Shown here: positions 62,054 to 64,000 of the stretch, piece by piece
How positions within the stretch are numbered: the first letter of the stretch is position 1
How the letters are laid out: each line of letters starts with the position of its first letter
Origin: Verrucomicrobiota bacterium
GTDB lineage: Bacteria; Verrucomicrobiota; Verrucomicrobiia; Opitutales; Coraliomargaritaceae
Direction of reading: 5' to 3'
DNA length: 64,000 nt
NCBI GenBank assembly: GCA_039815375.1
Contig: JBCBZJ010000010.1
Coordinates: 1-64,000 of the forward strand
Notes under the pieces: model-generated
What the model saw: only the letters and a program-made list of their open reading frames with translations
Told to the model about the DNA's origin: nothing
Databases searched by the model: none
Translations under genes and position numbers: made by a program

Positions 62054-62719
62054 TTAATCGTCGTCCGTAACTGTCCAGTTTAACCCGCCTTTGTTTTTAA
62101 TAATACCCTTGTCCAGAGCAAATCGCACCAAACCGGCCTCATCGCTTATATTAAGCTTTTTCATTGCATTGTGTCTATGACGACGGACCGTGAATGCGCT
62201 GATATCCAGGCGTTCTGCGATCTCATCCTTATCCTGACCCATTACCACTGCTCGTAAGACCTGAAATTCTCTGTCCGAGAGAATTTTATAGTAGGCATCC
62301 GGATTCTCCCAAACCTCGAGAATCTTCTTTTGCACATTCGGCGAGTAATAGACGTGGCCGGCAGAGACTTCGTTGTAAGCCTCGAAAAGCACCTCGAGAG
62401 ACATCTCACTCTTGTCCACGAAACCTAGCACACCACTGCACTGGATTTCGCGGACGGTATAATCATCACATTCACTGGACAAAGCCAGTATACGAATTTC
62501 AGGAACAGCCGAAAGCATTCGTTTGGCCAAGGCAAGACCGTCAAGCTTAGGCAACATTAGATCCAGAACGACAAAGTCAAACGGTTCGCCTGCAAAGGTT
62601 TTCCATGCTTGTTCGCCATCTCCAGCACCTTTTACGGCATCAAACTCAAACTCTCTCAGAGCGACACTCTCCAAAATTTCGCGAACAATTTCTTCGTCTT
62701 CAACAATTAAAGCCTTCAT
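62054..62719 (-). CDS. NarL/LuxR-family response regulator
   Basis: IVEDE, LDLMLPKLDG, LSDREFQVL...TVRRHRHNAMKKL. Confidence 0.95.
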   Translation of the reverse strand: MKALIVEDEEIVREILESVALREFEFDAVKGAGDGEQAWKTFAGEPFDFVVLDLMLPKLDGLALAKRMLSAVPEIRILALSSECDDYTVREIQCSGVLGFVDKSEMSLEVLFEAYNEVSAGHVYYSPNVQKKILEVWENPDAYYKILSDREFQVLRAVVMGQDKDEIAERLDISAFTVRRHRHNAMKKLNISDEAGLVRFALDKGIIKNKGGLNWTVTDDD

Positions 62720-62807
62720 TGAGCTTAAAAATTGATCACCAATTCACAAATCGCCAGAATTTTAATTGATTAAATTTCGTTAGTCCTAAAAGACTATCGT
62801 TCGGTTC

Positions 62808-64000
62808 ATGGTTTTAAGGAAGCAATCTGCTGTCACCCTACTCTTGAGTATTCTCTATTCTGGTATCGGAGCTGCGGATACACTACCGAGCGATGAACTG
62901 CCAATCATAGAACTGGAAGATTACATTGTGACCGGCTCAAGATTTTCTGCCGAAACATCAGCTATCCAGCTTCCTGTTGATTTCATCAGTGCGGATTCTC
63001 TGAGCTTATGGAGAGAAGAAACCGCAATTAGCGCTCTTCGTGCCGAAAGTTATAATATAGGTAGTGCAAATACGGAAAATGACAGTAACGGCGGTGATGG
63101 TTCGGCCTCAGCCAACCTCCGTGGCCTCGGCACGCTTTCGACCTTGACCCTGATCAATGGGCGCCGTGCCGGTGGGAACAGCGCGTTCCTTTACAACCCT
63201 GGCGGTTTCTCTGACCTTAATCTGATCCCTGTCGCAGCAATTAGGGAAGTCGAGATTCTGACAGAAGGGACTTCCGTCGCCTATGGCTCCGATGCGGTCG
63301 CCGGAACCGTTAACATAATGCTGCACGACGACTACGTGGGCACTCGGATAGAGGCCGGCTACAGCGATACGACCGACGGAGACGCATCGGAGAAGACTTT
63401 CTCCTTTCTCACAGGGCAGGAGTTAAACGAAAAAACGCATCTTGTCCTTCTCGGTAGCTGGTATCAGCGCAATGCGATTTACGCACGTGATCGCGACATC
63501 TCGGAAGATACAGACCGCCGGGCGCAAGGTGGGCAGAACCAAGGCAGCCCATTTTTCCCAGGCCGAATTTCGGTTTCGGGTGTAGAATATGTTCTTCCGA
63601 GCAACATCGACGCACCAACAAACCTGGGGCAGTATGAATTGTTCGATCCCCTCAATGATCTGTATAATTTCAGCGAATTTGCTCCGGCCGTTCCAGAGGT
63701 TGAGCGAAAGAGCTTAATGGCCAACATCACTCATCAACTCACGGACAACCTCGAGCTTTGGGGTGAAGGACTTTTCACGACTTCCACTTTCTACAATGCC
63801 TTGGCACCTGCACCGTGGACAGCCGCGCCTAACGGATTCGAAAATCCAGGTGTCTTTTCGAGCATTGTGAATACTCCCAGCCCACATATTCCAGCGGGCA
63901 TTAACCCGGCTGATATAGAGCGCATCGCCTATCGCAGCTTTGAGCTCGGCAACCTTGCCCCGGAACAGGAAAAAACCGCCTTGCGCGGGCTAATCGGACT
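62808..64000 (+). CDS. TonB-dependent receptor (5' part, runs off the right edge)
   Basis: Not in the ORF track. Hand translation gives MVLRKQSAV...EDYIVTGSR...ANLRGLG..STLTLINGRR...DLNLIP.AAI.EVEIL..G.S.AYGSDAVAGTVNI. Confidence 0.93.
   Translation, partial: MVLRKQSAVTLLLSILYSGIGAADTLPSDELPIIELEDYIVTGSRFSAETSAIQLPVDFISADSLSLWREETAISALRAESYNIGSANTENDSNGGDGSASANLRGLGTLSTLTLINGRRAGGNSAFLYNPGGFSDLNLIPVAAIREVEILTEGTSVAYGSDAVAGTVNIMLHDDYVGTRIEAGYSDTTDGDASEKTFSFLTGQELNEKTHLVLLGSWYQRNAIYARDRDISEDTDRRAQGGQNQGSPFFPGRISVSGVEYVLPSNIDAPTNLGQYELFDPLNDLYNFSEFAPAVPEVERKSLMANITHQLTDNLELWGEGLFTTSTFYNALAPAPWTAAPNGFENPGVFSSIVNTPSPHIPAGINPADIERIAYRSFELGNLAPEQEKTALRGLIG

Overview
Bacterial chromosomal window. 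It is probably from a Verrucomicrobiota (Opitutales-like) genome, inferred from the PEP-CTERM, SHD1-like and FG-GAP gene content. From left to right it holds: (1) a prokaryotic viperin translationally coupled to an uncharacterised exported protein (1-1955); (2) a ~10 kb nucleoside/purine scavenging cluster (TonB receptor, cupin, double-LOG, FAH, NCS2 permease, divergent MTAP-like enzyme, NUP, queuosine-precursor transporter, deaminase). All six transcription units in this cluster have a sigma-54 type GG-N10-GC box, and five of the six lie 13-14 nt before the ATG, i.e. apparently leaderless; (3) a ~13.7 kb integrase-less island between tRNA-Ser(GGA) and a degenerate copy of its 3' end. It carries PEP-CTERM proteins, an AraC regulator, an IS110 relic, a possible pseudoknotted RNA and a phototrophy module. 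That module is an Exiguobacterium-type DTK rhodopsin apparently co-transcribed behind a coiled-coil protein and two Roadblock/LC7 (MglB-like) proteins, plus a full retinal pathway split into convergent, overlapping operons; (4) mostly core genes: pagL/waaA, trmL, dgkA, gap-pgk-tpiA, a desaturase, a glycogen cluster, mntR, rodA, rne/rng, glycerate kinase, namZ, a protease/FG-GAP/binding-protein/hybrid-kinase operon, an rlmI-like gene, a LuxR regulator and a truncated TonB receptor. The best candidate for an undescribed system is the Roadblock-rhodopsin operon. All family calls come from motif recognition by eye; no database searches were run.
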